DNA of 63,101 bases, counting the filler, from Vannella sp. (taxonomy: Eukaryota): NCBI GenBank assembly GCA_023345925.1. It is 7 parts of 7 records of this genome, joined end to end, with 100 filler letters (N's around TTAATTAATTAA, not from the genome) between each part and the next. Parts side by side here need not be neighbours in the genome. Positions count along the whole stretch, not along the records: positions 28,394 to 36,278 come from JAJQQN010001458.1; positions 36,379 to 42,320 come from JAJQQN010000426.1; positions 42,421 to 57,271 come from JAJQQN010000922.1; 4 more parts are not named here. One strand, 5' to 3'. Positions 36,048-48,284 of this stretch are shown piece after piece. Position numbers and translations under genes: made by a program. The notes beneath the pieces are model-generated. The model saw only the letters and a program-made list of their open reading frames with translations, was not told the origin of the DNA and made no database searches. Each line of letters starts with the position of its first letter. Position 1 is the first letter of the stretch.

Positions 36048-36098
36048 TCGTGATTGGCTGGCTGATGTTCATTCATTCCGGAGTCGTGATTGGCTGGC
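36048..36098. promoter_or_regulatory. Tandem CCAAT-box-like element (GTCGTGATTGGCTGGC x2)
   Basis: 16-nt direct repeat containing ATTGG. Similar CCAAT/ATTGG boxes sit just upstream of starts near 39018, 48181, 54773 and 62198. Confidence 0.4.
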
Positions 36099-36278
36099 CG
36101 TTTTTTCATTTCACATCCTTGTTCCTATTGATAAAGGTAGACGATGACTTGTTGTGGTGGATGAGAGACTGTTTATTGAGAAGACAGAAACAGCTTAAGT
36201 AGCTGTTCCTGTTAGATTGAAAAGGGGAATTCTGAGAATGGGTACCGATTCTCATGGGTGGTTCGATCGAATGCTTCG

Positions 36279-36378
36279 NNNNNNNNNNNNNNNNNNNNNN
36301 NNNNNNNNNNNNNNNNNNNNNNTTAATTAATTAANNNNNNNNNNNNNNNNNNNNNNNNNNNNNNNNNNNNNNNNNNNN
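36279..36378. other. Artificial contig linker
   Basis: N run with TTAATTAATTAA. Confidence 0.98.
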
Positions 36379-36525
36379 TGATCAGCTTGATTGAGTCCTG
36401 TTGGCACCACGACCCTCACGAACGACCAACATTCAACGAGATCATCAAGCAGCTCAAGGACCTTCGCAAATAGGGCTTCATCCATTCAACTTGAGAGCCA
36501 GAAGGGCCAGAAATAAGCGTTTTTA

Positions 36526-37026
36526 CTATTCAGACTCCAAACTGAGGGCTCTTGGGAAGACTTTGCCCTTTCTGATGGCCTCCAAGGCTCTTTTGGAATT
36601 GTTTTCTTCAGCTATTTGAGGAGGAGTTTGGCCGTATCCGTTCTTAACGCCGGAAGAGCCATCTCCGTTCTGGAGGAGTTCAAAAATAACTTCAGCGTGG
36701 TCATACTCGGCGGCCCAATGCATTGGCGTGTTACTCTCTGAGTCAAGAGTCACCGTGGCGTTGTGTCTGAGGAGAAACCGCACTACGGAGGGGTCCCCTA
36801 CTTTGCAGGCCCAGTGAAGAGATGACTCCTGAAAGATGTTCCGGGCATTCATGTGGGCACCTTTTCCCACAAGATACCGAACGGTTTCTTCGTTGCCACC
36901 CAGAACAGCGTAGTGTAAGGGCGTTGACTCATAGAGGGAGAGAGAGTTCAGATCGCTTAGGAGTTGATCCAGAGAATCCCTTTGAAAGTGGCCACTGACT
37001 GCCGTGCGGAAGATTGGAGAGTCCAT
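36526..37026 (-). CDS. Small ankyrin-repeat protein (tandem paralog A)
   Basis: STPLHYAVLGG, ESSLHWACKVG, NTPMHWAAEYDH and GQTPPQIA. Confidence 0.88.
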   Translation of the reverse strand: MDSPIFRTAVSGHFQRDSLDQLLSDLNSLSLYESTPLHYAVLGGNEETVRYLVGKGAHMNARNIFQESSLHWACKVGDPSVVRFLLRHNATVTLDSESNTPMHWAAEYDHAEVIFELLQNGDGSSGVKNGYGQTPPQIAEENNSKRALEAIRKGKVFPRALSLESE

Positions 37027-37511
37027 CGGACAGGCAAAGAATAGAATGGTCAGAGTATCGGCGTCTATCAGATCGGGTTCCCAGAATCAATCTTGATTTG
37101 TACTTGTGGGAGCAGGTGAATGTTCCCGAAAGGTCTCCGTTTCGTTTGGAAAAGGAAAGATGATCAACAATCGGACTCCTGCGCGCCCTTTTCTGAATCA
37201 GTTTACGACTGAAGACTTCGCCTGAAGATTGTGATAAAGAATCATTGACAGTCTCTGAGATAACTTGGAAAGGGTCTGAATGTCACCATTAATCACTTCC
37301 GTACATTCCAAAGTTCGCTCCTCCTTGATGATAAAGGATAGAAGGCGAAGAGAATCATTCCCAAGGCAACGCAGAGCAATGAAACTCAGTTTGATCCTGA
37401 TCGATTTGTTTGGGAAGGACTCTCTCGACACCTCTCCTGTAAACTGTTGGTTTTGGTCATGAGAGAAGTACCATCTCAAAAGCATCAGAGAAGAAGTTCA
37501 AAAGAAGAGTT

Positions 37512-38018
37512 TTACTTTTCTGTCTTCCACTTAAAGACTGGAGGGGAGCCTTTCCCCTTCTTGAGAGCAACGAGGGCCTTCTTGGAGTCGTTCCTCTCGG
37601 CTAACCGAAGAGGAGTATGTCCATCCTCGTTCTTGATACGACAAGACGGTCTGCCTCCATTGTGTAAGAGTAAATGAATGACCTCATCATGATCGTACTC
37701 AGCAGCCCAGTGCATTGGCGTGTTTCTTTCGGAGTCCAGAGTAACCGAAGCTTTGTGTTGGAGGAGGAAACGCACCACGTTGGGGTTGCCTTCTTTGCAA
37801 GCCCAGTGCAGAACTGATTCTTGGAAGATGTTCTTTGCGTTCAAGCAAGCGCCTTTCTTCACCAGGTATCGGATGGTCTCCTCATCACCACCCAGAACAG
37901 CGTAATGCAAGGGTGTTGATCCGTAGAGGGAAAGAGAGCCCAAGTCGCGCAAGTGAGAGTCAAGAGATTCCTTCCGAAAGACCCCATCGACTGCAAGACG
38001 GAAGATAGGGCAATCCAT
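37512..38018 (-). CDS. Small ankyrin-repeat protein (tandem paralog B)
   Basis: Closely similar to paralog A: MDCPIFR..., STPLHYAVLGG, NTPMHWAAEYDH. Confidence 0.88.
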   Translation of the reverse strand: MDCPIFRLAVDGVFRKESLDSHLRDLGSLSLYGSTPLHYAVLGGDEETIRYLVKKGACLNAKNIFQESVLHWACKEGNPNVVRFLLQHKASVTLDSERNTPMHWAAEYDHDEVIHLLLHNGGRPSCRIKNEDGHTPLRLAERNDSKKALVALKKGKGSPPVFKWKTEK

Positions 38019-39049
38019 AAGACAGCCAAAGAATGGTCGCAACTTGAATCGATGATCAGAATGGGCGCAATCTCGATCGACTTCGAGTAAGCAACCCAAA
38101 CAAGGTAAGGTCGGACTTGCGGCCGTCCAAAAGAAGGTCTTTCTGCAATGTTCTCCATATGAAGAGGACCAGTTTTTGGTTCATTGATCAAACCAACAGC
38201 GAATCCAACCAACGAAGAGGTAGAGAGAACACTTCTGGGGGCTTCTGAGTCTGGGAACGATAACTTCTGGTTTGGCCTCATCGGTCACCGGTGGTTCATC
38301 CATGTTGAGAGAGGTCTATGAAGTCCAACGCCAAGCCCAAAATGAAAGCATTGAATAGAAGCACTCAATGGGGCTCATGATGGTCGGTTGTCGCATTCCT
38401 GGAGTGTGTGGGAGGCTCTGCCCAAGGAAAGCGACTGCTTCCCACATACCAGCGTCTACGACAGGATTCTCTCCTTCTTATTCCTTGCTGTCCTCTTCTT
38501 CCAGGGGTTCTTCTTCCACTTCGGGGCTCATGTGTGAGCTCATCATGCTGTTGATGCGGTCTACGTCGTCGTCCGCATTGAACTCGATCTCATCGTCATC
38601 TGCTAGCTCCTCCACGAGGTTCCACAATGGTTCGAAACTCAGCGTCTCCCTCCTCCTCTTCCTCCTCTCGGTGCTTGTCTCTCCACAGTCGTTCTTCCTC
38701 CTCCTCTTCTTCCTCCTAAGCGTACTCATCATTGGGCTGGATACTCCTCAGAGTAATCTGGTGTGAACTCTCCATCATCTCCGCTGTCGGCTCGGCTCCT
38801 CTCCCTGCCACCGGAGAAGGGAAAGTCATGGGCCGATAAAATGATCTTGACCAACTCAGGGGTGATAGAAATGATTTACTTTGAAAGTTGGTCACAACTC
38901 CTGAATTTTGTCCTCAGAAACGGAGAAACACCCATCGGGAGACATCTGGGGTTAATAAACATATAAAAAAGTTCACTGGTTAAGGTACTGATCAAATTTA
39001 TAATCGCAGTCAATTTGATTGGCTTCCAGTTCTTGTTTCCCACCTGGCG

Positions 39050-42000
39050 ATGATGGCTGGGCGGGCGGGTGTGGTCACACTTCGGCTTCTTCTTGTTGTG
39101 TGTGCCATTGCACTAGTGAGAGGAACACCTGTTCTAGTGGCTCAACGGGGCAACGACAGTGTCGGCTGTGGTAGTCTGGAAAAGCCTTGCGCTTCCATCT
39201 CCTTCGCGGTGAAAGAACAAGAAACCCACTTCAACCGTGACTTGTTAGAAGTGTTGGTAGAACCAGGCAAGTATGAAGAACCTGGGTTTGACATCCGAGG
39301 TTCCTTGTCCCTTGTGTAAGTTCCCTTCCAAAGCCCCTTTTTTCGCTGACCTGACCGTACCCAAGTTCCACCAACGGGAGCCAACAAACAGTTTTGGAGA
39401 TCTCTAAGAACGGAACTCTCTTCAAATGTGAAGGCGGTTTACGCCGGGCTGATGCGAAGATTGTTGGATTCACCCTCAAAGGCGTTTCCATGTCATTCAC
39501 GAACTTTGGTAGGTGACCGTTGACTTACAGTAGGCTCCACTGACTGAGAAGTGTTCAGAGGTGGCTATTGAAGACATAGTGATACAGGAGGCTGATGAGG
39601 ATCATGATCTTCATGTCTTCGACTTTAAAAGGTGTGCAAACGTCACTATTTCTGGGTTGAGTATCCTGAACATGACGCTACTCAAACCTGTAATCACTGT
39701 TGAACTTGTTGATTCTATTAGCATTCGGAATACAACCGTACAGAATAGCAACTGGACCCAAAACGGTGCACTCGTCTACATCATCCCCCCGATAACTGAA
39801 ATAGTTCAAGAATATCTGGATCTCCGAAATCAGACTGAGAGTACGGACTTGTTGCTATCTTTACTGCATAACTCCACCTTAAACGAAATGCTTCCTCGAC
39901 ATGCTTGGGGCTCACTGCAAGATCATTACCCCAAAGTTGACAAGTTGCTAAATTTCGTGCGGAACGTGACACCAGTGACTATGATTTTAGAGGATTTGGT
40001 CATAAGTGGAAGCAAAGGAAGCGGTTACCTCGTTTTGTGTCATCTGTTTACGACGCCACCAACGATTACTGCATCAAGATTGTTCTTCCTGAATAATACC
40101 AGTATGTCCAGGTCCACTATGTTCTCCATCACTGACCATGGCCCAGATGTTATGCTATTCAGAGGTCGGAAACTGTTCCTCAGCTCCAGTACGATACAAG
40201 GAAATAGCTTTACGGATGAATTTGGATCGGGCTCAAGGCTATTCTCTTCTGCGGCCGGCTGTGAATCACAGATATCGGATTGCATCATTGAAGATAATTA
40301 TAACTTTCAGATGGACAGCGTGTGCTTCCTAAAGCACACTGCCAAAGACAATCGCGAGTCCAGGAGTTTAAATGGCTTTCGCTTAAGAGTGATCGGCAAT
40401 TATAATCCTGCAAGAGTGGGAATGTTTTTCTCCACAGATTTTACTCTCGAGTCCTCAATCATTTCTGATAACAGTGGCACTTTTGCAGAAGCCTCCTCAG
40501 CACGTCTCAACTCAAGCATCTTCCGGTAGGAAATTGTGGGCTATTGAATGCGCTGACGTTTCTTCAGAGATCACGAAGGGATAGCTTTACGCTCTACAAG
40601 GATATCCTCTCTCTTCTCGGTTCACAATTGCTCGGTGAGAAAATCTACCAACATCTGATCCATCTCATTTGTCCTTCAGTTTGAGAATTTCACAGGGCAC
40701 TACAGCGATGCAATCATGCTTATCAAGGGTCTGAAAACTCACTCAAGGTCATCACTCATCATCACGGATTCTGTCTTCTCAGGTTTGCTTCCTCTTTATG
40801 AAAGACAACTTCCTTACCTTCGCAATAGGTTCCTCTCAAGACGTGATAACAGCCGTGGGTACCAACAGCTTAATTACTGGAACAACTTTCCGTGATTTGG
40901 CATCAGGGGCTTTCAAATCTTCTGGTGGTGAGGTTCTGATAGAAAATTGCGTTTTTCAGAATATTACCCAGTCAGCTGTTGAATTGGAGACCCTCACTGG
41001 TAAAATCCACAACAAAGCTGAAGCGTTCAACACACCATCAATTCTTAGGAACTGCAGCTTTGTAGATTGTGTATGCAAGAAAGGAGGCGCACTTCATCTT
41101 CACGAGAAAGTGTTTGCGGCACTCGACTCGTGTCACTTTTCGTGAGTAAAGCTTCAGCGCTATCTGTATCCTCTAATCAAATTATCAAATCAGTAATTGT
41201 TCAGCGGTGTACAAAGGAGGAGCGATTTATACTCAGGCAACCAACTTGCGAATTAATTCATCGACATTTTATGGAAACTTCGCATTCTTAGGAGGAGCCA
41301 TTGCCATGGATGATACCCAAGGTGCACTTCATATAGACAGCACTCTCTTTTTCGGCAATAAGGCGACAACATTTGGTGGCGATGTGTTCCATGGTCAAGG
41401 TTCGATGCAAGTCAAAAATACCAACTCCTCCCAGTCCTTTGCTTCAGACGGTGGAGCATTCGCAGTTTTTGGGTATGTCAGCACAAAGGTAGAATTGAGG
41501 AGATAACTAATTATTCTCAGCCGCGCCCACTTTGAAGATGTTAATGTCATGAATTCCAGTTCAGACTCCGGTGGTGCATTGCACTTGGACCAAAGAGGAG
41601 TGGTGATATGGGACAGAGGGTCATTGTCAGGAAACACCGCTTTGAACGGAGGAGGAGCTATTCAAGTGACATTTGGTGCGACTATTTCGTTTAACTTAAC
41701 TGCTTTCAACGATAACTGCGCTGCCAATGACGGAGGTGCCATCTTTGTAGCAGACGGAAAAGTCGCACTCGAGAACTGTATATTCTCCGTGAGTAGCTCT
41801 TTATTCCTTAAGTTGATTTCTTCTAACTGAGTCCTCATAAGAATAACTCCGCCAACTTTGGAGGAGCTGTTGCGTCGTACAGCCGCCTGCCACTATCCAT
41901 TAATTCATGCGAGTTCACTGGCAATCATGCAGGAGTTGGGGGAGCAGTCGTGTTGGGAAGCCATGTGTTAGCTTCCATCAAATTCTCTCGATTTGTTAAC

Positions 42001-42320
42001 AATCACGCTCAGCTCCTTGACGGTGGCGCTTTACATTGCGGAGATTCTTCTCGGATTGATCAATTGTTGTCTTGCACTTTTGCGGAAAATACTGCCCAAG
42101 CCTCTGGTGGAGCTATTAGCATCTCTGACAGCTCATATGTTCGTATTTTGGGCTCTCTTTTTGAGTAAGTTTGCAAGGCAAGTCCTCAGTTCAGTCACTG
42201 ACATCTGGACAGGAAGAACATCGCCAGGCAAGGAGGAGCGATCACTTCCTCACTCCAAACGTTCCTTGAGGTCAAGGACAGCCGATTTATGCTTAACCAT
42301 GCTATTGAAGAAGGAGGCGC
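39050..42320 (+). CDS. Secreted or surface right-handed beta-helix protein with Pmp-like GGA(I/L) and FxxN repeats, multi-exon, truncated
   Basis: Signal peptide; G.D...CGS...PCASISFAV; many FxxNxAxxGGAI repeats. Confidence 0.8.
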
Positions 42321-42420
42321 NNNNNNNNNNNNNNNNNNNNNNNNNNNNNNNNNNNNNNNNNNNNTTAATTAATTAANNNNNNNNNNNNNNNNNNNNNNNN
42401 NNNNNNNNNNNNNNNNNNNN
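42321..42420. other. Artificial contig linker
   Basis: N run with TTAATTAATTAA. Confidence 0.98.
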
Positions 42421-44987
42421 GGAAAGCCTTTAGATGATGGTATCGCTTCTCTATCTCTTGCTCAAGTGATTATCGCTCAATCCCTCGCCCAGGACCAACG
42501 TAGGTCCCTCCCTGTTCGTACTCGGCCTAAGAGCTCACCTGCTGTGGTACAGTAAATGGAAAGTCGGTGGAAGTACTTCAAATGCTCACCTCCTGCTTGA
42601 GCCTGATGACAGAGGAGTTCCAAGAGGCGAAGAACTGCCCCAAACCCTTGGGGGAGGCTGTTCCCGCCCTCAAAGCATACAGCTCAGCCTTCTCTTCGAT
42701 ACAGAAGGCAATTAACCAGTTCAACAAACACAAGGACCAAGCTGTGCAACTCACCGTCTTCCGTCCGACTGGTCCTTCCCCTCTGAAGACCCTGATAACT
42801 CAACTGGCTACGGAGGAGGCCAACTTCGTCTTCTGCCTGGAGCAGATTGTCAACTTCTATCAAACAGGCCTCCGCGATGGAGGACTTATCACCCCCACGG
42901 ATGAGACAACCATCTTCTCTCGTTGCGACCAGATCCTCGCCCTGCACAGGAAGCTAGTGGAAGACATCAAGTCTGATCTTCATAATCTCACGGAGTCGAG
43001 TGAGATTGGGGCGATCTTCCTTCGCTATGTAAGGGAAAGTTCGCTTCCCCCTCTCCGGTTCTCACTCCTCTCCTTTGCAGAAGGAAGAGTTCAATACGTA
43101 CAAGTCGTTCATTGTCAACATGAAAGAGGCTCAGAACTGTCTGGATCGCCTTTCTAAGGACAAGGGAGTTGCCCACTTCTTGAAGAAGGTCTGTCTTCGC
43201 TCTCCCTTCTTCACCTTCAGCAGAGAAGCTTACTGTTGACCACGCAGACTGCTGTTGGTAAAGAGCCTCTGCATGAGCTTCTGAAGGCTCCAATAGCTCG
43301 TGTTGAAGATTATGTCCTTATCCTCACAGTAAGTGCTCCCCTTCCCTCCGTCTCATGTACTGAACGCTCTTCTCCTCAGGAAATATACAAAGTTGAGTCC
43401 ATCCACTCAACAGGAGCGCACACAGCCGACGCAATGGACATGCTTCACGGTCTCCTCGAGTCCATTGACGAGCAGGGATCCGTTGCAGACAATCTATCAA
43501 AGGTGATGGAACTGGGGAACCAGATCGAAGGTCTGAATGAGAACCTGGTGCGTCCTGATCGCCGATACATCCACGACGGCCAGATCAAGATCAGCCCTCA
43601 AGGAGCCAAAAAGCCAGTCGCTGACTATGTGTATCTCTTCAATGACGTTCTTATCTACTGCCAGACCAGTGGTAAGACGACAAACTACGTTGGTCGCTTC
43701 TACATGCACCGAGTCCAGCTGGTAGACAGCGCTGATAAGGAGGCTAGCGACATTCTTTTGGTGGTGGATGAGCGCAACAAGTTCACGCTGGCTGTGAGTG
43801 ATACCTACGAGCGCCGTGAGTGGGCAGTGATGCTCCGAAAGGTAATCCGCGAGGTGGAACGAACCCGGAAGGTGTTTGGCATTCCTCTCTCCACTCTGAT
43901 GAAACGAGAGCTGGAGATGGACATCCCTCCCATTGTGGAGAAGACCATCCACTTCATTTACGAGTATGGATCGGACACAGTTGGCATCTTCCGTCAGACA
44001 GGGCGCGCCACACAGATTGAGAAGCTTAAGGATCAGCTCAATCAGGGTGGCAACGTGTTCTTCTCTGAAGATATGGATGTTCATTCAGTGGCTGCACTCT
44101 TTAAACTATGGCTTCGAGAGATGCCGGAACCACTGTTTACTTGGGAAGCCTACGAGAAGTTCATGGCGACTGTGGTCATCGAAGACAAGGAAGAACAGCT
44201 GAAAACCCTCAAAGAAGTGATGCGCACCCTTCCGTCTATCAACCTGAACACCACACAGCATATGTTCAAGTGTCTGCGCGCTATTTGTGACAATGAAGAG
44301 AAGACGAAGATGAATCCGGGCAATCTGGCCGTCGTGTTTGCCCCCAACATCCTCAAGAACCCTGACCCTAATGCTGATCCCTTCGATCAGAGCTATTACA
44401 CCAACATCAATGTCATCTTCGTTGCTGTAAGTCTCCCTTTGAGAGATCTGATCGTGGCTAACCGCTGATCCGATCAGCTTTTGGACCACTATCACGAAGT
44501 CTTCGATTACATTGAGGAGAAGCGAATTAGGACGAAAGAAAAAGAGGAAAAGAAGAAGCGCTCTGAAAAGAGAAAGTCACTTCGTTCGGTTTCGGTCAGC
44601 ACTTCAGAGACGATCACGAGCGTCGCGAGTGCTTCACTGGAAGGAGCGGTAACGGCCTTTATCAAGAAGAAGTGGGTCATTCGCCATGCCATCATCTCTC
44701 CAGACGCGATCACATTCAAGAAGACCGCTAAAGTAAGTCTGCAACTTGGGAACGACCACATTCTCAAACTCCTCTAGGACAAGAAGGGCAAACGCTGTAA
44801 TCTCATTCCCAACACCACTGTTGGCCCCGCTGCTGGCTGCGAGAAACCATTCGCCCTTTCCTTCCCTGTGGACGAAGAGGGAGTCCGTGTAGAGATGATC
44901 CTGGCACTGAAAAATAGTGATCAACAGGAAGAGTGGATGACTTCCATTAGAGGAGCGCTTCTCCTCCGATCTGAAGGGAGTGTTTGA
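42421..44987 (+). CDS. RhoGEF(DH)-PH-RhoGAP-PH protein, multi-exon, 5' truncated
   Basis: DH: QLATEEANFV..L, LLKAPIARVEDY. PH: RRYIHDG, YVYLFNDVLIY. GAP: VFGIPL, GIFRQTG, LFKLWLREMPEPL, KMNPGNLAVVFAPNIL. Confidence 0.85.
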
Positions 44988-45080
44988 ATAAAGCAGGTGA
45001 GCTGATCATTTGGTACACTTTTATTTGTGAATGAATCCACAAATCGAAGATCGTACAAGCAGCCAGATCAGCAAGAACGT

Positions 45081-45745
45081 TTACCTGTTCTTCTTACGGT
45101 AGATCTTCTTGTTGTAGAACTCGAGCTCAGCACCTTCGAGAATGTAGCCATCAGCACGGCCGCATTGTCCAGGGCGAGAAGAGATGCAAGCCAACAGGCG
45201 ACCAGTGGCGAATTGCTCAGCCAAAGCAGGGTCGAGGACTCGGGTCTTGTTTCTGGCGGTGAGGCGGTTCTGGACGCTCTTGCTGGTCTTATCCTCCTCA
45301 GTAGCGGTTTCTCCTTCCTTAGCCTTCTTCTTGCTAAGCTCAAGGCCGTAGTGTTGCTTGTACCACTGACGGAAGGGAGTTGCATCAACTTGGACGATGC
45401 AGTTCTTCACCAAGGTGTTGGTACGCACCAATTCGTTGTTGGAAGCGTTGTAAAGAACGGTCAAGAGGCGGGTCTTGTTGGTAATGGCCTCGGTAGACCA
45501 GTTGAAGTTTCCTGCATCAAGACGAAGGGCTCTGTACTTGAGGTTTCCTCCACGTCCACGAACGGAGTGAATGCGCTTAGCACCAAGTTTGGTGAGAGCG
45601 GCGGGACGGCCCATCTCGAACTTCCTCTTCTTGCGGATGGCAATTCGCTTGCCACCGGAGGCCCGGCGCTTGTGGGTCGAGTCGCGAGAGATACCTGCCT
45701 TTCACGTTAATTCCCTTCGCGGACAACTTGGCCTCACGTACCCAT
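45081..45745 (-). CDS. RPS8: 40S ribosomal protein eS8, 2 exons
   Basis: [46 protein letters not shown]; intron ~45696-45741. Confidence 0.97.
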
Positions 45746-45846
45746 GTTGCGAGCCGAAAAAAAGGAGCCACAAAGCGCAAGAACGAAAGTTTTGTTCAAC
45801 AGACGCGAAAATTTCCTCTTTAATTATGGTGTGATTATTACTTAGA

Positions 45847-46327
45847 ATGGCGGAGAAGATGCAACAAGACCTGTCCTCTCAGCTTCACACTCACCTTACT
45901 GAGATCAACCGCAATGTGTTTTCAGCAATCCAATCCTTGAAGGTACGTTCGCAGTAGGAAGAGGTTCCCCGGGAGGCTAAGTCCGTTCCAGTTGCCCACT
46001 CGCTCCAATACTTCAACTACTTTAGCCAATAACTTGAACATTACCCTTTGTGCCACTCAAATCGTGAGCAGCTGCCCTGAGCCACGTGCAGGGACTAACT
46101 GACCGCAGATCGGAGCGTCTGAAGGGCTTCTCAGCCTTATTCAAAGCATGCAGCAGCGCAAAATACTGAACGACTGTGAGTCTATCAATGAGGAGGTCAT
46201 TCACTCTGTTCAGGAGTACGAACGACGAACGACGGACATGCTGGGCGAAGTGGAGGAATGTCGAGGAGCATTGGAGACTCTCTTGCAGGAGCTAGAGGAT
46301 CACTATTACTCATCTGCGTACCTGTAA
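45847..46327 (+). CDS. MED22: Mediator subunit 22 (SURF5), 3 exons; not in the ORF track
   Basis: Spliced product ...ATQIIGASEGLLSLIQSMQQRKILNDCESINE...LQELEDHYYSS matches the MED22 pattern ILND...ELEE.YYSS. Confidence 0.75.
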
Positions 46328-47481
46328 ATGCGCCATTTGCTAACATTCAGTTCAATGTCGGTCCGACGGGCTGCGCTGCTGTGTGGGGGGCAGGGGTCAC
46401 AAACTCCCGGTCTGGGAGGGTTTCGGTCGATGCTTGAGAGCTTTCCAAAGATACGCAGCGAAGTTGCATCGGCTGCATACCAAGAACTGCCGAAAGGGCG
46501 CTGGGAAGAGCTGATGGGGATGTTGGACGATGTGGAAGCAATCACTCAGACCCGAAACACGCAACCGCTGCTCTACATGTACAGTTGGACTCTCGGACAG
46601 GTGTTACGATCGGAGAGGGCAGTCTCCTTCCCTTCAGACACGCAGAAAGACAGCCCTGTGTTAATCACTTGTATTCTCGGGCACTCTCTTGGGGAGTTCG
46701 CCGCATTGGCTCTCAGTGAAGCCATTCCCTTTCATGTGGGACTCAGGATGGTGCATCAGAGGGGCGAAGCCATGCACGCAATCTCTCAATCCATGAAAGG
46801 CGCCTTCGCCATGGCAGCCTGTCTCGGATCACCCACCAATTGGGAGGAAGAGCTCACAAGCTTATGTCAAGAAGCAAGCCAAGACACCTCTTTGGTATGC
46901 CAGATCGCCAACGTCAACACTCCCTCTCAGATAGTCATCAGTGGTCACCAAACCGCTGTCACGAGGTGCCTTGAACTGGGAAAGAGCCGAAAGGTTCTAC
47001 GGAGAGCCATCCCTCTAAAAGTGGGGGCTCCGTTTCATTGCTCGTTGATGGAGCCTGTGAAGAAGCACCTCTCTCCCATTCTGGAGAAGGAACCTCCCTC
47101 CGTCCCAACGATCCCTTTCATCTCCACCATCCCCGCACTGACCGTACGTTTCAGTGTGAACTCGAACTCTCCTCATCACAGCGTTGTAGGTGTGCCAACC
47201 CAATGAGATCAGCCAGCACTTGCTCGATCATTGTGTCCGACCAGTCCGTTGGGGAGACAGCATTCGCCACGCTCAAATGGCCTTTGAGATTGACAGCGTT
47301 CTTGAGCTAGGTCTTGGAGGAGTTCTATCAGCCCTGACCAAGCAGGTAGCACCGGAACTGCACACCAGGTTCGCACTTTCGTTACTTAGCCTCATTCTTC
47401 CTACGCTTAACCTCTTTCAGGTGCTTGGGAGACCAATCAGAGCTTTCCTTGTTCCTGTCTTCACCCTGCATTGGTCCATGA
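46328..47481 (+). CDS. MCAT: Malonyl-CoA:ACP transacylase (FabD/MCAT), 3 exons; start 46328 or 46355
   Basis: GQGSQ, TQP, GHSLGE, ANVNTPSQIVISG, GAPFHCSLM and PVRW. Confidence 0.92.
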
Positions 47482-47532
47482 ACGAACACACCAGCGAGGC
47501 GCGGTTTATCGCTTTGGGAGTGAGGTGCACGC

Positions 47533-48142
47533 TTAGAGCTGGTTGCCACAGTTCGAGCAGAACTTGCCGCCAGATGCAGCGGTTCCACATCCGCTGCAGA
47601 AACGGGCCCCACTTGCGGGAGCGCTGCTGAACTTGGCTCCAGTACTTTGGGCCTGATTGACAACAGTAGTCTTGACATTCTTGGCAGTGCTAGAGGGTTG
47701 TGAGGGTGTGCAGAGGTGGGACAATGGGGACTCACTCGGTAGACATGAGGCCACCAGCGCCAGCAGAGAAACCGTATCCCTTGGGCCCGAAGTTCTTGCC
47801 ATGGCAAGACTTGCAGTAGGCCTCTCCGTCATGCTCAGCCAGAGTGGTGCTATCCAAGCGTTTGTTACAGTCTCGGCAGAGCAGGCAGCTCTTATGCCAG
47901 TCCCCTCCAGGTCCCATTGCGCGTTCTATGCCATCCTCATTAGGGAACTCTTTCACTTTGCCCCTGAATGACGGAAAGACATCCTTTTAAACCCCTGCAA
48001 ACCAGCTCCGAGGGATAAGGATCAGATGAGGTTAACTCACCTGCAAAGTAGACAGTCTTCTTGCACCTTAACACCACATCAGTTCACTTAACTTCAATAG
48101 GAGAGTACCATACCGGGGGCACTTGTTGTTCACTGCGGCCAT
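47533..48142 (-). CDS. CRP/LimE-like LIM-domain protein with C-terminal double zinc ribbon, multi-exon
   Basis: C..CKKTVYFA|E...WHKSCLLCRDCNKRLDS...HDGEAYCKSCHGKNFGPKGYG; C-terminal FCSGCG...KFCSNCG. Confidence 0.85.
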
Positions 48143-48284
48143 GTTCAAGAAGAAGGTCAACCAACGAATGCTCAAACCGGCCAATCAGAATCTCCCAACA
48201 AAAAATCTCCCTTCTTTTGATTTCGCCCCCAGGAAGCTTACTCAAATGACTAATTGAATTTCATTTTCCTGTCGCTCAGGCGGG

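Noticed and set aside
38478..38732. Basic/acidic low-complexity ORF (84 aa)
   Set aside because: It could be a small nuclear protein or a fragment, but I see no recognisable domain or supported gene structure.
45027..45710. 227-aa ORF antisense to RPS8, and similar long antisense ORFs over other genes
   Set aside because: A typical shadow of biased codon usage, with no recognisable motifs.
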